A DNA stretch of 64,000 nucleotides from Thermodesulfovibrionales bacterium (GCA_044450345.1 JBIOIY010000001.1:160001-224000), one strand, 5' to 3'. Positions 39,004 through 48,731 are shown, numbered from the stretch's first letter. Notes: generated from the letters alone by a model not told the origin. A program made the numbers and translations.

Positions 39004-40297
39004 CCTGCCTTGTAGTATTGTTCGAAACCCGCTCTTTTTTCAACCCATCGGACTTGTAGATATTTCTCGGATTCCAGAGCATCCACCCGCCGGAGCCGAA
39101 CTCATCAGCAGCCTTTATCTGGCTCCTTATCTCAGGCCCTGAGAAATGCCTCCTGTCGAATGCGTAATCCTTGAACGCCTGGAGCCAGGGCCTGAAGCGG
39201 TTGGCAGGGATATTGGCGCGCTCTCGGGCCCTCTTCAGCGTGAGAGAGACGATCTCGTACGGGTGGGCAACCGGGTTCCTGTATCCCGGTATGCCGAACT
39301 GAAACCCTGAGGGGTAGAGCATAAGGGATATGTAATCTACGCAGGAAGCAAGCTGTTCGATCTTCTGTCCGATCTGGGTATCGTTTAGGTTCCACGATAC
39401 ATAACCGAAAATATCAGCGGCCACAAAGACATTATAGGGCGCCAGCCTCCTTTTGGCCTCGCCTAGGAATCCCGATATGTATTTCACCCTGTTTTCTTCC
39501 GTGTTGGCAACGGCAAACAGTAAGCCTTTCCTGTCTGGAAAACGTACATAGTCGAACTGTATCTCGTCGAAGCCGTTTTGTGCCGCCTCCACAGCGATAT
39601 TGATATTGTAGTCCCATACTTCCTTCCTCGACGGGTCTACCCAGGCAAGGTTTTCCCTGTCGTGAAATATCCTGCCGTCCTGGGTCTTTACGGTCAGATC
39701 AGGACGCGCACTGCCCAGGACTTCGTCCTTGAAGACGACGATCCGCGCGACGGTATAAATGCCCTTTTCCCTCAGGGACTGTATCAGGCCCCTTATGTCC
39801 TTTATGATAACAAGCCTTTGGGCTCCTATCTCGGATGCAAGGGGGATAGAGCTCTTGTAGGTTATCACTCCCCTGTCGCCCTTTACATCGATGACAAGGG
39901 AATTGATTTCGGTCTCCTTCGCCAGGGCCAGGGCCGATTCCCGGAGCGTCCTGCTGCCTATTCCATAGTACGTGAGATATAATGCCTTCGGGACGAACGG
40001 TCTAAGATAGATAATGAGACGGTCCCTGGCAGAAGCCGCAGGGAGTGGCAGCTCCGCCCTTGCATAGCCATAGGCCCTGATGCCGATCTTTGCTGCTGCG
40101 TTCTTAATCGCAAAAACGCCTTTATTGTCGGTATAGACAACCTCGTTGTTTCCTGTCGCTATCGCCCCTTCAATCGGCTTCCGCGTCAGATAATCCATCA
40201 CCTTTCCGCCCGCATAATCAGACGCGAATACCGGCGCCGACAAGAATACGAACAATAACATCACATACGGTAAACTACGGAACCCGGCGATTTTCAC
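38987..40297 (-). CDS. putative glycoside hydrolase (DUF4015-like)
   Basis: Signal peptide, KALYLT, LVIDVKGD, ARIVVFKD, GFDEIQFDYVRFP, LMLYPS, RPWLQAF, WMLWN. Confidence 0.85.
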   Translation of the reverse strand: MKIAGFRSLPYVMLLFVFLSAPVFASDYAGGKVMDYLTRKPIEGAIATGNNEVVYTDNKGVFAIKNAAAKIGIRAYGYARAELPLPAASARDRLIIYLRPFVPKALYLTYYGIGSRTLRESALALAKETEINSLVIDVKGDRGVITYKSSIPLASEIGAQRLVIIKDIRGLIQSLREKGIYTVARIVVFKDEVLGSARPDLTVKTQDGRIFHDRENLAWVDPSRKEVWDYNINIAVEAAQNGFDEIQFDYVRFPDRKGLLFAVANTEENRVKYISGFLGEAKRRLAPYNVFVAADIFGYVSWNLNDTQIGQKIEQLASCVDYISLMLYPSGFQFGIPGYRNPVAHPYEIVSLTLKRARERANIPANRFRPWLQAFKDYAFDRRHFSGPEIRSQIKAADEFGSGGWMLWNPRNIYKSDGLKKERVSNNTTRQDGPTI

Positions 40298-40328
40298 GGT
40301 GCCACCTTGCCTCTCTTGAAGAACATGA

Positions 40329-41135
40329 TTAACCCTTTCTTCCCGGGGGCTGCCCCAGGATCATCTCAAATGCCTTCCCTTTATCTGAATTCTGCATAAG
40401 GTAGCGGGGGATCTTCATAACATCGTCCCCGCTGCCCGCGGGCCTTCTCTCTATTGTGAAACCGGCCGTGTATCCCGCGCCCGAAGCATGCCTGATGAGT
40501 TCGTCGTCGTAAATTCCGAAAGGCCAGGCCAGCATGTCGATTGTAACACCGAGTTCTTTGCCCAGCCTGTCCTTCGATCTCCTCAACTGCATATCCACGA
40601 ACTTCTCATATTCGGCGCCCGGCAACCTCCTTTTCTCCTTCTTGAAGTTCGGATGCCAATATGTATGGCCCTGAAGATCGAAGAGGCCGGTCTTCTTGAC
40701 CTCCCTTAATTCCTCCCACGTCATGGCATAGGAGGCATTGGATATCGCCGAAGGATAGATAAAAAGCGTCACAGGGATGTGATATTTCTTTACCAGCGGC
40801 AGCATATCGGTATAGACCGACTTGTGGGCGTCGTCGGCGACGATCACAACAGACCCGGGAGGCGGAGGCGGCCCCTTTCGCAGATAGTAGTCGACAAGCT
40901 GTCTGAGAGGTATTACCGTAAACCCCTTTTCCCTGATGTATTCCAGTTGGGATCTGAAAACGGCTGTGGTGACGGTCATGCTGTCGGATACCACCGGCCC
41001 AAAGCGGTGATAAAGCAGGATGGGGACACGTTCCTGGCGAAGGTCCTTTTTCTTATCGCTTAATTCGCCATTGGTCAAGGAGGGACAGACGAGGAGAACA
41101 ACAAGCGTAATAAGAGTCAGAAGACGAGTTGTCAT
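40329..41135 (-). CDS. exported polysaccharide deacetylase (CE4/NodB)
   Basis: VPILLYHRF, VADDA, GHTYWHP, LAWPFG; signal peptide from MTTRLL. Confidence 0.88.
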   Translation of the reverse strand: MTTRLLTLITLVVLLVCPSLTNGELSDKKKDLRQERVPILLYHRFGPVVSDSMTVTTAVFRSQLEYIREKGFTVIPLRQLVDYYLRKGPPPPPGSVVIVADDAHKSVYTDMLPLVKKYHIPVTLFIYPSAISNASYAMTWEELREVKKTGLFDLQGHTYWHPNFKKEKRRLPGAEYEKFVDMQLRRSKDRLGKELGVTIDMLAWPFGIYDDELIRHASGAGYTAGFTIERRPAGSGDDVMKIPRYLMQNSDKGKAFEMILGQPPGRKG

Positions 41136-41247
41136 CGCGAAATGTATACCTCTATTTATATATAACCTCACTTTGACATCAAGTTCCGTGATTCCACTCA
41201 CATTCCTTGACACTTTCCAAGGCTGTGCGACAGTGCACGGTTGAGAT

Positions 41248-41302
41248 GTAGGGGCGAACGGCTGTTCGCCCAAGACAGGGCGATCCGCCGAATCGCCCCT
41301 AC
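41248..41302. repeat. GTAG-type REP doublet
   Basis: GTAGGGGCGAACGGCTGTTCGCCC and inverted AGGGCGATCCGCCGAATCGCCCCTAC. Confidence 0.85.
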
Positions 41303-41380
41303 GGAAGAAACAAAAATCCATGTGAGATAGTCCTTGTCTTTAACAGGCATAGCGTTTTATCATTAATAAATCTTTGCGGG

Positions 41381-41906
41381 ATGGGAACGGATAATGCGAG
41401 AACTTCAGCCTTTTCACCTCGATCTCCTCGGCAAACTCTCCGGAGCGAGCAATCAGGTCCAGGCACGCGACCTATGGACCCCGCATGGGTCCTCGACATA
41501 CTAGACCAGTGCAAAAAGGCAGGAGTTCCGTTCTTCTTCAAGCAGTGGGGAGGGACGAGGAAGAAGAAGGCAGGGCGATTGCTTGAAGGAAGAACATGGG
41601 ATGAAATTCTTGCTTTTGCCATGCTGTTGAGAAAGCTTCTAGTCGATTCGCTTAAGAGACGCATCGTGTTCAGAGGGGCTTTTGCAGTAGGATCCTTTTA
41701 TGAGGAGTCGACTACGAACACTATACAAAATCCAAGGCATCCCGGTCTGCAGACCCATGAGTTTACAACTCTGAAAGGTCCCGGGGGAGAAAAGGTTTTT
41801 GAGGCATACGCTGAGCAATCCACTCCAGCCGCTTACAGAGTTTTCTGGTATTATGGGCCTGAGAAAAAACCAGATCACCATTGTCGCTATCACACCCCAT
41901 CCGTAA
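41381..41906 (+). pseudogene. mosaic of gene fragments: DUF5131/phage Gp37-Gp68 C-terminus, unknown piece, frameshifted toxin-like C-terminus
   Basis: [34 protein letters not shown]; then [20 protein letters not shown] whose natural end [11 protein letters not shown] lies in a shifted frame. Confidence 0.7.
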
Positions 41907-41948
41907 GAACGATAACGCGCCTTGAAAATGGAGGTCTTCTAACGGGGT

Positions 41949-42470
41949 TTATTTCCCGATCTTCTCCGTCATTATAAAGTCGTTGGTCTTATTGCTGCCA
42001 TGACAACTGATACAGGCCTCCACCTTTCCCGACGCAAGCACTTTCCCGTATGGCTCGTACTTCGCCCAGAACCAGTCACCGGCGGAAGGATTATAGCCGT
42101 TGATCTTGTACATGACCGTGAGGGCCGCCATTTTTTTCTGGGGCGTGTAATTCTCCTTCACGATAATTGAACTATCGGCCATCTTTCCTTTTTTGTCCCG
42201 TGCAGAAAAATATGCATGGTTGTTTACATAGGTAGTCAGGAGTGAGCCGTGAGGCTCTCTGCCCTTGTAGAGCCTGCCCTTTCCCGGCCAAAGTTCCCAC
42301 TTGTCGTAGGGATTGTCTTTTGTGATATAAGCGTACAACTTTGCGGCATCCGCTGCAGGCAGGGGCACTGTCGTCTCCGCAGGCTTTTCCTCATGGATGG
42401 CATAGGCAACAGCAGCAACGCCGATGAGCAAGACTGCGGCCAAGAAAACTGCGCATAATTTCTTTTTCAT
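41949..42470 (-). CDS. cytochrome P460 family protein
   Basis: Signal peptide, PHG..TTYVN, IIVKENY, VMYK, GDWFWA, C-terminal CISCH. Confidence 0.85.
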   Translation of the reverse strand: MKKKLCAVFLAAVLLIGVAAVAYAIHEEKPAETTVPLPAADAAKLYAYITKDNPYDKWELWPGKGRLYKGREPHGSLLTTYVNNHAYFSARDKKGKMADSSIIVKENYTPQKKMAALTVMYKINGYNPSAGDWFWAKYEPYGKVLASGKVEACISCHGSNKTNDFIMTEKIGK

Positions 42471-42525
42471 TGTCCTACCTCCCTGATTGATGGTTTGGAA
42501 TTGAGTGCTGACAATCACAACTTAT

Positions 42526-42578
42526 CACGCTGGAAAATATTGTCAATCCCTGCCCGTATATCGCAATCCGCCTTCAAC
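42526..42578. repeat. 53-bp direct repeat, copy 1
   Basis: 51/53 identical to 47465-47517. Confidence 0.9.
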
Positions 42579-42586
42579 GAACTTGG

Positions 42587-43009
42587 CTATTTCTTGATTA
42601 TTGTTGTTGCCTCGGCCCCCTTTGGCAGTAACATGCTGACAGCCACCCTCGCGCTCGAGCTGCCTGCATTCAGGGCCGCATGTACGTCTCCCGGACTCTC
42701 CGTCCAATTCCCGCCTGTCTTTATTATCCTCTCTGTGCCTTTCTCCCGAAGGGTAATCTCACCGCTGAGTACCGTCACGAGCGCGTGTCCGCCATGGAAA
42801 TGATCGGGAAAGCCCGCGCCTGGAGGAAAATCGAATATAATGCTGACCAAATCGTATCCACCGGCCTGTATCTCGACCGGGAGCGCGGCCTTATAGACGA
42901 CTGAAGGGGCAGGCATCGCAGCTTGATCTGTTTTTTCCCCGGCTATTGTTGCAGAAACTAAGAGAAGCATTACAACACACACTAATGAAAACAGTTTCAC
43001 GGATTTCAT
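42587..43009 (-). CDS. exported cupin-domain protein
   Basis: Signal peptide; PPGAGFPDHFHGG..VLSGE and E.PGDVHAALN cupin motifs. Confidence 0.85.
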   Translation of the reverse strand: MKSVKLFSLVCVVMLLLVSATIAGEKTDQAAMPAPSVVYKAALPVEIQAGGYDLVSIIFDFPPGAGFPDHFHGGHALVTVLSGEITLREKGTERIIKTGGNWTESPGDVHAALNAGSSSARVAVSMLLPKGAEATTIIKK

Positions 43010-43349
43010 CACATTCCTCCTTGGGTCCGGCCATATCAAAGGGGCCAATATTGGGGTATCTGTCTTAAGTAAATACTAACACTTCGAACAGCGCTGTCAA
43101 GATGAGTACAGCGGCTTCCCAAGGCAGGGCCGGGATACCGGAAGATATCGCCTCCCCGGCAGCTTATCTCATCTAGCTATTTCCCTGTTGACGGTGTGAG
43201 GGTTGGTATCCCACGATATGTCGATCCCCATAATCGCAGATTGCTTACTATCTCTCTAAGCCGGTTATCGGGAATAATTGGCGGGTGCTATACTCTATAT
43301 AAGGTGAGAAGAAAAAGCTGACACTAATGACAAGGAATTTCAGAGAACC

Positions 43350-45131
43350 ATGAAGAACAATGAAGACGTAGCATCCGGACAAGAAAAAGTGTCTCTGAAG
43401 AAGTTCTTCCCTCCCTTGCAATGGTGGCCTATGGTCAGTCGTCGCAGTGTGCGGGCCGACATTATCGCAGGAATAACCGGTGCAATTATAGTTCTTCCGC
43501 AGGGAGTGGCTTTTGCAATTATTGCGGGACTGCCTCCTGAATACGGTCTTTATTCCGCAATAGTTCCTGCAATTATTGCCGCCTTATTTGGGTCATCCCA
43601 TCACCTCATCTCCGGGCCTACTACAGCAATATCGATTGTGATCTTCACATCACTCAGCCCTCTGGCTCCCCCTTCAAGCGCTGAGTATATTCAGATGGCA
43701 TTGACCCTGACCTTTCTCGCCGGGTTTTTCCAATTAGCGCTGGGAGTTGCCCGTCTCGGTTCCCTGGTGAATTTCGTTTCTCACTCTGTCGTTGTAGGGT
43801 TCACCGCGGGTGCTTCAATACTCATTGCAACAAGCCAACTAAGCAATATCCTGGGCATCTCAGTACCAAAAAAACACTCTTTCATCCATATTTGGGCAGA
43901 TATGATATCGAGCATGTCCGAGACCAACTTCTATGCCCTTTCCATAGGTCTAAGTACGTTAATTATTGCAGTAGTTTTTAAAATCCTGAAGCCCAGGTGG
44001 CCGGGAATGCTGATAGCAATGATAGCAGGCAGCGTCATGGCCCTGCTTATGAAGGGTAGCGAGCACGGTATTAGGCTCGTGGGCTCTCTTCCTGCTCATC
44101 TTCCGCCCCTGTCACATCCTTACATTACGACTGCTTCGTTGCGCGAGCTTGCACCTCCTGCCTTGGCTGTTGCCATGCTCGGGCTGGCTGAGGCAGTCTC
44201 CATTGCCCGATCAATAGCAACAAAGACTGAACAGCGCATTGACAGCAATCAGGAATTCATCGGTCAGGGACTCTCCAATATCATTGGGAGCTTCTTTTCG
44301 AGCTATGCCTCATCCGGATCGTTCACCCGCACAGGAGTGAACTATGAAGCGGGGGCCAAGACACCATTGGCCGCTGCCTTTGCCGCGATAACGCTGACAG
44401 GCATAGTACTGCTCATAGCCCCTCTTACCGCCTATCTCCCGATAGCCTCGATGGCCGGCATCCTGTTTTTGGTCGCGTATAATCTTGTCGACACGCACCA
44501 TATCGCCTCGATTGTGAGGACGAGCAAGCCGGAGGCTGGAATACTTATTGCGACATTCCTGTCTACATTATTTGTGGAGCTTGAATTCGCTATCTATGTC
44601 GGGGTACTTCTTTCGCTGCTGCTTTATCTTAACCGCACATCGCATCCGACCTTTGTGACCCTTGCCCCTGACCCTGATACCAGAAAGAAGACTTTCATAA
44701 ATGTGCTGAAGAAGCCTCTGCCCGAATGTCCACAACTCAAAATAATCAGGATTGACGGTTCAATATTTTTTGGTGCAGTAAATCATGTGGCAGAACAGTT
44801 GGACCAAATAACAAAAAAATATCCGGAACAGGCGCATATCCTGATTGTGGGAGGCGGGATAAACTTCATCGATGTCGCGGGATGTCAGACACTTAATCAA
44901 GAGGCCCATCGTCTGCGTGCTAACGGAAGGCAGTTATATCTCTGTTCGCTCAAAGGCGAGGTAATAGACGTCATGAAACGGGGAAGCTGTAACAAGAACA
45001 TTGGAGAAGAAAACGTTTTTCACTCAAAGGTCGAGGCAATAAAAAGTATTGTGCCGAGACTGGACCCTGAAAGATGTCGGCCCTGCAAGGTGCGAATCTT
45101 TAACGAATGTGCACAGATGCCGGGAGCATGA
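43350..45131 (+). CDS. SulP family anion transporter with STAS domain
   Basis: DIIAGITGA..PQGVAFA..AGLPPEYGLY, NQEFIGQG, SGSFTRT, IIRIDGSIFFG. Confidence 0.95.
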   Translation: MKNNEDVASGQEKVSLKKFFPPLQWWPMVSRRSVRADIIAGITGAIIVLPQGVAFAIIAGLPPEYGLYSAIVPAIIAALFGSSHHLISGPTTAISIVIFTSLSPLAPPSSAEYIQMALTLTFLAGFFQLALGVARLGSLVNFVSHSVVVGFTAGASILIATSQLSNILGISVPKKHSFIHIWADMISSMSETNFYALSIGLSTLIIAVVFKILKPRWPGMLIAMIAGSVMALLMKGSEHGIRLVGSLPAHLPPLSHPYITTASLRELAPPALAVAMLGLAEAVSIARSIATKTEQRIDSNQEFIGQGLSNIIGSFFSSYASSGSFTRTGVNYEAGAKTPLAAAFAAITLTGIVLLIAPLTAYLPIASMAGILFLVAYNLVDTHHIASIVRTSKPEAGILIATFLSTLFVELEFAIYVGVLLSLLLYLNRTSHPTFVTLAPDPDTRKKTFINVLKKPLPECPQLKIIRIDGSIFFGAVNHVAEQLDQITKKYPEQAHILIVGGGINFIDVAGCQTLNQEAHRLRANGRQLYLCSLKGEVIDVMKRGSCNKNIGEENVFHSKVEAIKSIVPRLDPERCRPCKVRIFNECAQMPGA

Positions 45132-45161
45132 AATCGACAAGAATCATTCGATTGCGATGCA

Positions 45162-45914
45162 TCACCGTTTTATCCCCTTGAGAACGGCTTTTTTCCCACC
45201 AAGCCCGGGGCACTGCTCTACGGAAAACCCGGCAGCTGCAAGTCCGCGTCTCACCTCTCCGGCAACGGTAAAGGTGGCACAGGAGCCGCCGGTCACTGTT
45301 TTTTCCCCGATTGCCAGAAGAAGTTCATGCCGCCAGATGGAAGGGTTTTTCTTGGGGCCATGCCCATCCAGAAACCATGCGTCACAGGGAATTGCGAGTG
45401 CCTGGACCATTTCGAGGGCCTCCCCGATCCAGAGATTCAGGGTCAGGATGCCAAATGGCCGGGTGAGTTGTATCTGGTGCCACCCCGGTCTGGAAATATC
45501 GACTCGGCTGTAGGCCCCGACAAGCAGATCAATAAGCGGACCGACCTCTGTCTTAAATCCCCCGAGAATGGACGCCATTCGCTTAAAAGTGACCGGATGC
45601 AGTTCAACGGAATTATAGATGACTGCTATATCCGTGAAGCCGCAGTTGTCCAGGAAATCGAGAAGGGCGATTAGTAAACGACCCGCGCCGAAGCCTGTTT
45701 CACCGATTCTGAATTCTTTCCCCGCAGGCCCCGTGACAGAAAAGATATCCATGATGCCCGTACCCTGAAAGTAGATGTGCCTCGCTTCTTCAATGGCATC
45801 GACTACATCGAAATACCGGTCGTCATAATGTTCGTTCAAAAGATAGGGAGGAATCCTCATCTTCAGATCACGCCGGGACAGATCCCGAATTCCGCGGTAT
45901 GTTGTCTTGGGCAT
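45162..45914 (-). CDS. mnmD: stand-alone MnmD-like methyltransferase (MnmC N-terminal domain)
   Basis: YDDRYF..EEARHIY, IGETGFGAG, DAWFLDG..PKKNPSIW, ATFTVAGEVRRGL..AGF. Confidence 0.8.
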   Translation of the reverse strand: MPKTTYRGIRDLSRRDLKMRIPPYLLNEHYDDRYFDVVDAIEEARHIYFQGTGIMDIFSVTGPAGKEFRIGETGFGAGRLLIALLDFLDNCGFTDIAVIYNSVELHPVTFKRMASILGGFKTEVGPLIDLLVGAYSRVDISRPGWHQIQLTRPFGILTLNLWIGEALEMVQALAIPCDAWFLDGHGPKKNPSIWRHELLLAIGEKTVTGGSCATFTVAGEVRRGLAAAGFSVEQCPGLGGKKAVLKGIKR

Positions 45915-46368
45915 CCATGAAGGAGCTGGTTTTGCCGGCGGAGAAGACCGGTGTTACTATTTTGTAAGCCATGAGCCATTGTAACATGGGATGGGATATC
46001 AAAGAGATATAGCTTCGCAGCATGCAACGATGCTTCCGATAACGCATGGGATAAGAATATTCAGAACCCGGTAAATTTCATCTATTCCTGGTCCTCAAAA
46101 ATCAGGACGATCATGCAGAGTTACGGTCTGGCCGGAACGTTGCAATTAATAAAAGAAGTCCTTAAACGTAAACAGGACTGAATTATCGGAAGGCGTATGA
46201 CAGAAAGTGTCCTCTTTGAAAATTCCAGGTCGGGACAGAGATAAATAAGCTCTTCGCCGACAGCTGAACGCCCTCTCGATCCCGGATGTTTGCGGCACCA
46301 CAAGAGACCGCATGTTTGAAAGTTCTTTTCAAAACAGTGTAGAGTAAACAAAGGCCGATTGAGTTAAG

Positions 46369-47391
46369 ATGAATGAACCTTACGATGCATGCAAATTAGA
46401 CTCAACGAAATGTCTTGAGCCATTCCCCGTACAATATTCGACACTTTTGTCCTGCGCCCTGCAGGACAAGATATTAACAAAGTATCATTTCAATGGGTTG
46501 CCCCTCTGCGAATTTTTATACAGGGGCATGAATGATAGTTATTTGGTAAAGGATCTGTCCTCACAGTATATTTTTAAGGTCTATCGGCATGCATGGAGAA
46601 GTCTCGTCGATGTCGAAAGTGAAATCGAACTGCTCCAATACCTCAAATCAAATGGGGTCTCCGTATCATTTCCCATTGCGGACACACAAGGCAATGCAAT
46701 TCAAACGATATGCGCTCCCGAGGGGGAGCGGTATGCGGCGTTGTTTTCCTATGCGGAGGGCAGCTCTCTTATGGCTGACATGACTATGGAACAAAGCCGT
46801 ATTACGGGGAAAGAGTTCGCAAAAATCCATATGCTGACGGCGAACAGACAGCTGAAAAATCAGCGGTCCCAACTTGGCCTCACCGCCTTGCTGGATAGTT
46901 CATCCTTTATGATCGAACCATTTATTGACGACAGGAACAATGATCTGACGAATTTGAGGGAAGTTATCATGAGGTTAAAGGAGAAGTTCGCGTCGGTTGC
47001 GTTAGATGAGCTGGACTACGGGATCTGTCATGGTGACTTTCATCCTGCGAATTATCATATTTCGGAACGGAATGAAATTACGATATATGATTTCGACTCC
47101 TGCTGCGTCGGTTACTTTGCGTATGATATCGCCACGTTTTATTACTGGATTGTCCGCACTTATAGAAATGCAAAAAAGATAATGGGTTCCTTTCTAAAAG
47201 GGTATCAGGAAATACGAAAACTGAGTGAACTGGAGATCGAGTTGATGCCTTACTTCGGCGCTGCAAGTTTCATCTGGATGATTGGAATGCAATGCTCAAA
47301 CTGCGAGATCTTCAGTTATTTTGTGAGGAACAATATAAAAAATAATACCATCGGGAACCTAAAAAAGTTTGTTGATGAGCACTGTTGCTGA
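46369..47391 (+). CDS. phosphotransferase (APH / homoserine kinase type II-like)
   Basis: GMNDSY, IFKVYR, CHGDFHPAN, IYDFD, YDIA. Confidence 0.85.
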   Translation: MNEPYDACKLDSTKCLEPFPVQYSTLLSCALQDKILTKYHFNGLPLCEFLYRGMNDSYLVKDLSSQYIFKVYRHAWRSLVDVESEIELLQYLKSNGVSVSFPIADTQGNAIQTICAPEGERYAALFSYAEGSSLMADMTMEQSRITGKEFAKIHMLTANRQLKNQRSQLGLTALLDSSSFMIEPFIDDRNNDLTNLREVIMRLKEKFASVALDELDYGICHGDFHPANYHISERNEITIYDFDSCCVGYFAYDIATFYYWIVRTYRNAKKIMGSFLKGYQEIRKLSELEIELMPYFGAASFIWMIGMQCSNCEIFSYFVRNNIKNNTIGNLKKFVDEHCC

Positions 47392-47464
47392 AATATGCTT
47401 ATGTGTACCCTTGTCCCATCCCCGAGGGACACAGCAGATACCACTTCACGAAACACGCGGTCCC

Positions 47465-47517
47465 CACGCGGGAAAATATTGTCAATCCCTGCCCGTATAT
47501 CGCAATCTGCCTTCAAC
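47465..47517. repeat. 53-bp direct repeat, copy 2
   Basis: 51/53 identical to 42526-42578. Confidence 0.9.
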
Positions 47518-47590
47518 CTTTGGGAGAGGGCTTTTGGCGCAGACCGGGAAACTATTCAAGTCGCAGGCCGCAGAAGCATTATTGGCTTTT

Positions 47591-48382
47591 TTATCTCACC
47601 GGGCATGAAATCGCTGCCTTGCGGCCGCAGACGACGGAAGTCAATGTTTCGTTTGCCCTTTGGGAAAGCCCGAAACCCTCTATCTCCTCTTTGAGGGAAT
47701 CGCACGAGCCGTATCCGCCGAGGTAACCGTTGACACGTGTGACGGCCGTAGAATTGATAAGCCTCTTCATATCAGGAAACATTGCCCCGAATTCCCTCAT
47801 TATTTCGGGATATGCTCTAAGACTGTGCTTTTGATGGTAATCCTCGGCAAGATGGAATCCCGAATACGGTTCTATCTTAGTAGCAATCCTCCGCTTTGTT
47901 TCAGAATCAAGCCGGTCTCTCGTTTCGATGGCAACCTTCCTCTGCAGTTCGTTGTGATAAAATATGGCCTGCCTGTATTGGCGGGACCAGGAAGCTCTTG
48001 TCGGATCGTAGCTCTTCCAAAAAATTTCCAACAACTCCCTGTATGACATACGAGAGGGATCAAAATCAATTTGAACCGCCTCAGAATGGTCTCCAAGGTC
48101 TTGATAAGTGGGACCCTTCGTACTTCCGCCGGCGTATCCCACCCGGGTCCGGATAACCCCCGGCAAACTCCCAAACTGGGAGTCAGGCCCCCAGAATCAG
48201 CCAAGGGCGAAGGTCGCTGTCTCGAATGTATTGGAATGAGGCATGTCTGAAGGCGGCATGCCGATGCCGGCCTCAGAATCTTTATGTGACGGAAACATGC
48301 TTTTTCCTCCCTTAAGAAAGACTATGGTAACTATAGTTATTGCCAACCCCAAAAACACCACAGGGACAAAACGCGATCTCAT
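47591..48382 (-). CDS. msrA: selenocysteine-containing peptide methionine sulfoxide reductase A (Sec at codon 48199-48197)
   Basis: ORFs 48197..48382 and 47591..48166 are one frame: ATFALG-TGA-FWGPD..RTRVGYAGG..HSEAVQ..AEDYHQK; the TGA replaces the catalytic Cys of GCFW. Confidence 0.88.
48162..48189 (-). promoter_or_regulatory. putative bacterial SECIS hairpin
   Basis: mRNA ACUCCCA-GUU-UGGGAGU 7-bp stem starting 13 nt after the UGA, extendable by GGC/GCC. Confidence 0.6.
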
Positions 48383-48488
48383 GATGAATGCTATCTTATG
48401 TTAATGAAGAAATTGTGAAAATGGACGGTAGTGTCCAAGGACACTACCAAATAAACAACTTTTCGGCATGTTGTACGGGTCTTACTTT

Positions 48489-48523
48489 ACCCCGTTAGAA
48501 GATCGAAGGTCCTCTAACAGGGT
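48489..48523. repeat. ACCCCGTTAGA...TCTAACnGGGT palindromic repeat
   Basis: Inverted arms around a 13-nt spacer; degenerate copies near 41931-41950 and 49648-49679. Confidence 0.7.
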
Positions 48524-48621
48524 TTAAAACGCGGAACCCAAGATGTGTTACAGCCGGGTGTCTCCTCCGTGCTCCAATATACCTGAATAACGCCGATCAC
48601 CCCCGATGCGACTTCTTAAAT

Positions 48622-48731
48622 GGATAGCGAGCGATATTCCCCGTTGTCTTGACACGGGGTTAGCGAGCGAATTTGACAAGGAATTTACCTTGCATTGAGA
48701 TTCCCTGCGGTCTTGCCGGAGGGCGTCTTCA
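48622..48731. repeat. two-hairpin palindromic element, copy 2 (supplies 3' end of CDS)
   Basis: Homologous to 38765-38872. Confidence 0.85.

Noticed and set aside
46369..47391. Aminoglycoside resistance kinase
   Set aside because: Only generic HGDxxxxN/DFD motifs; substrate cannot be inferred
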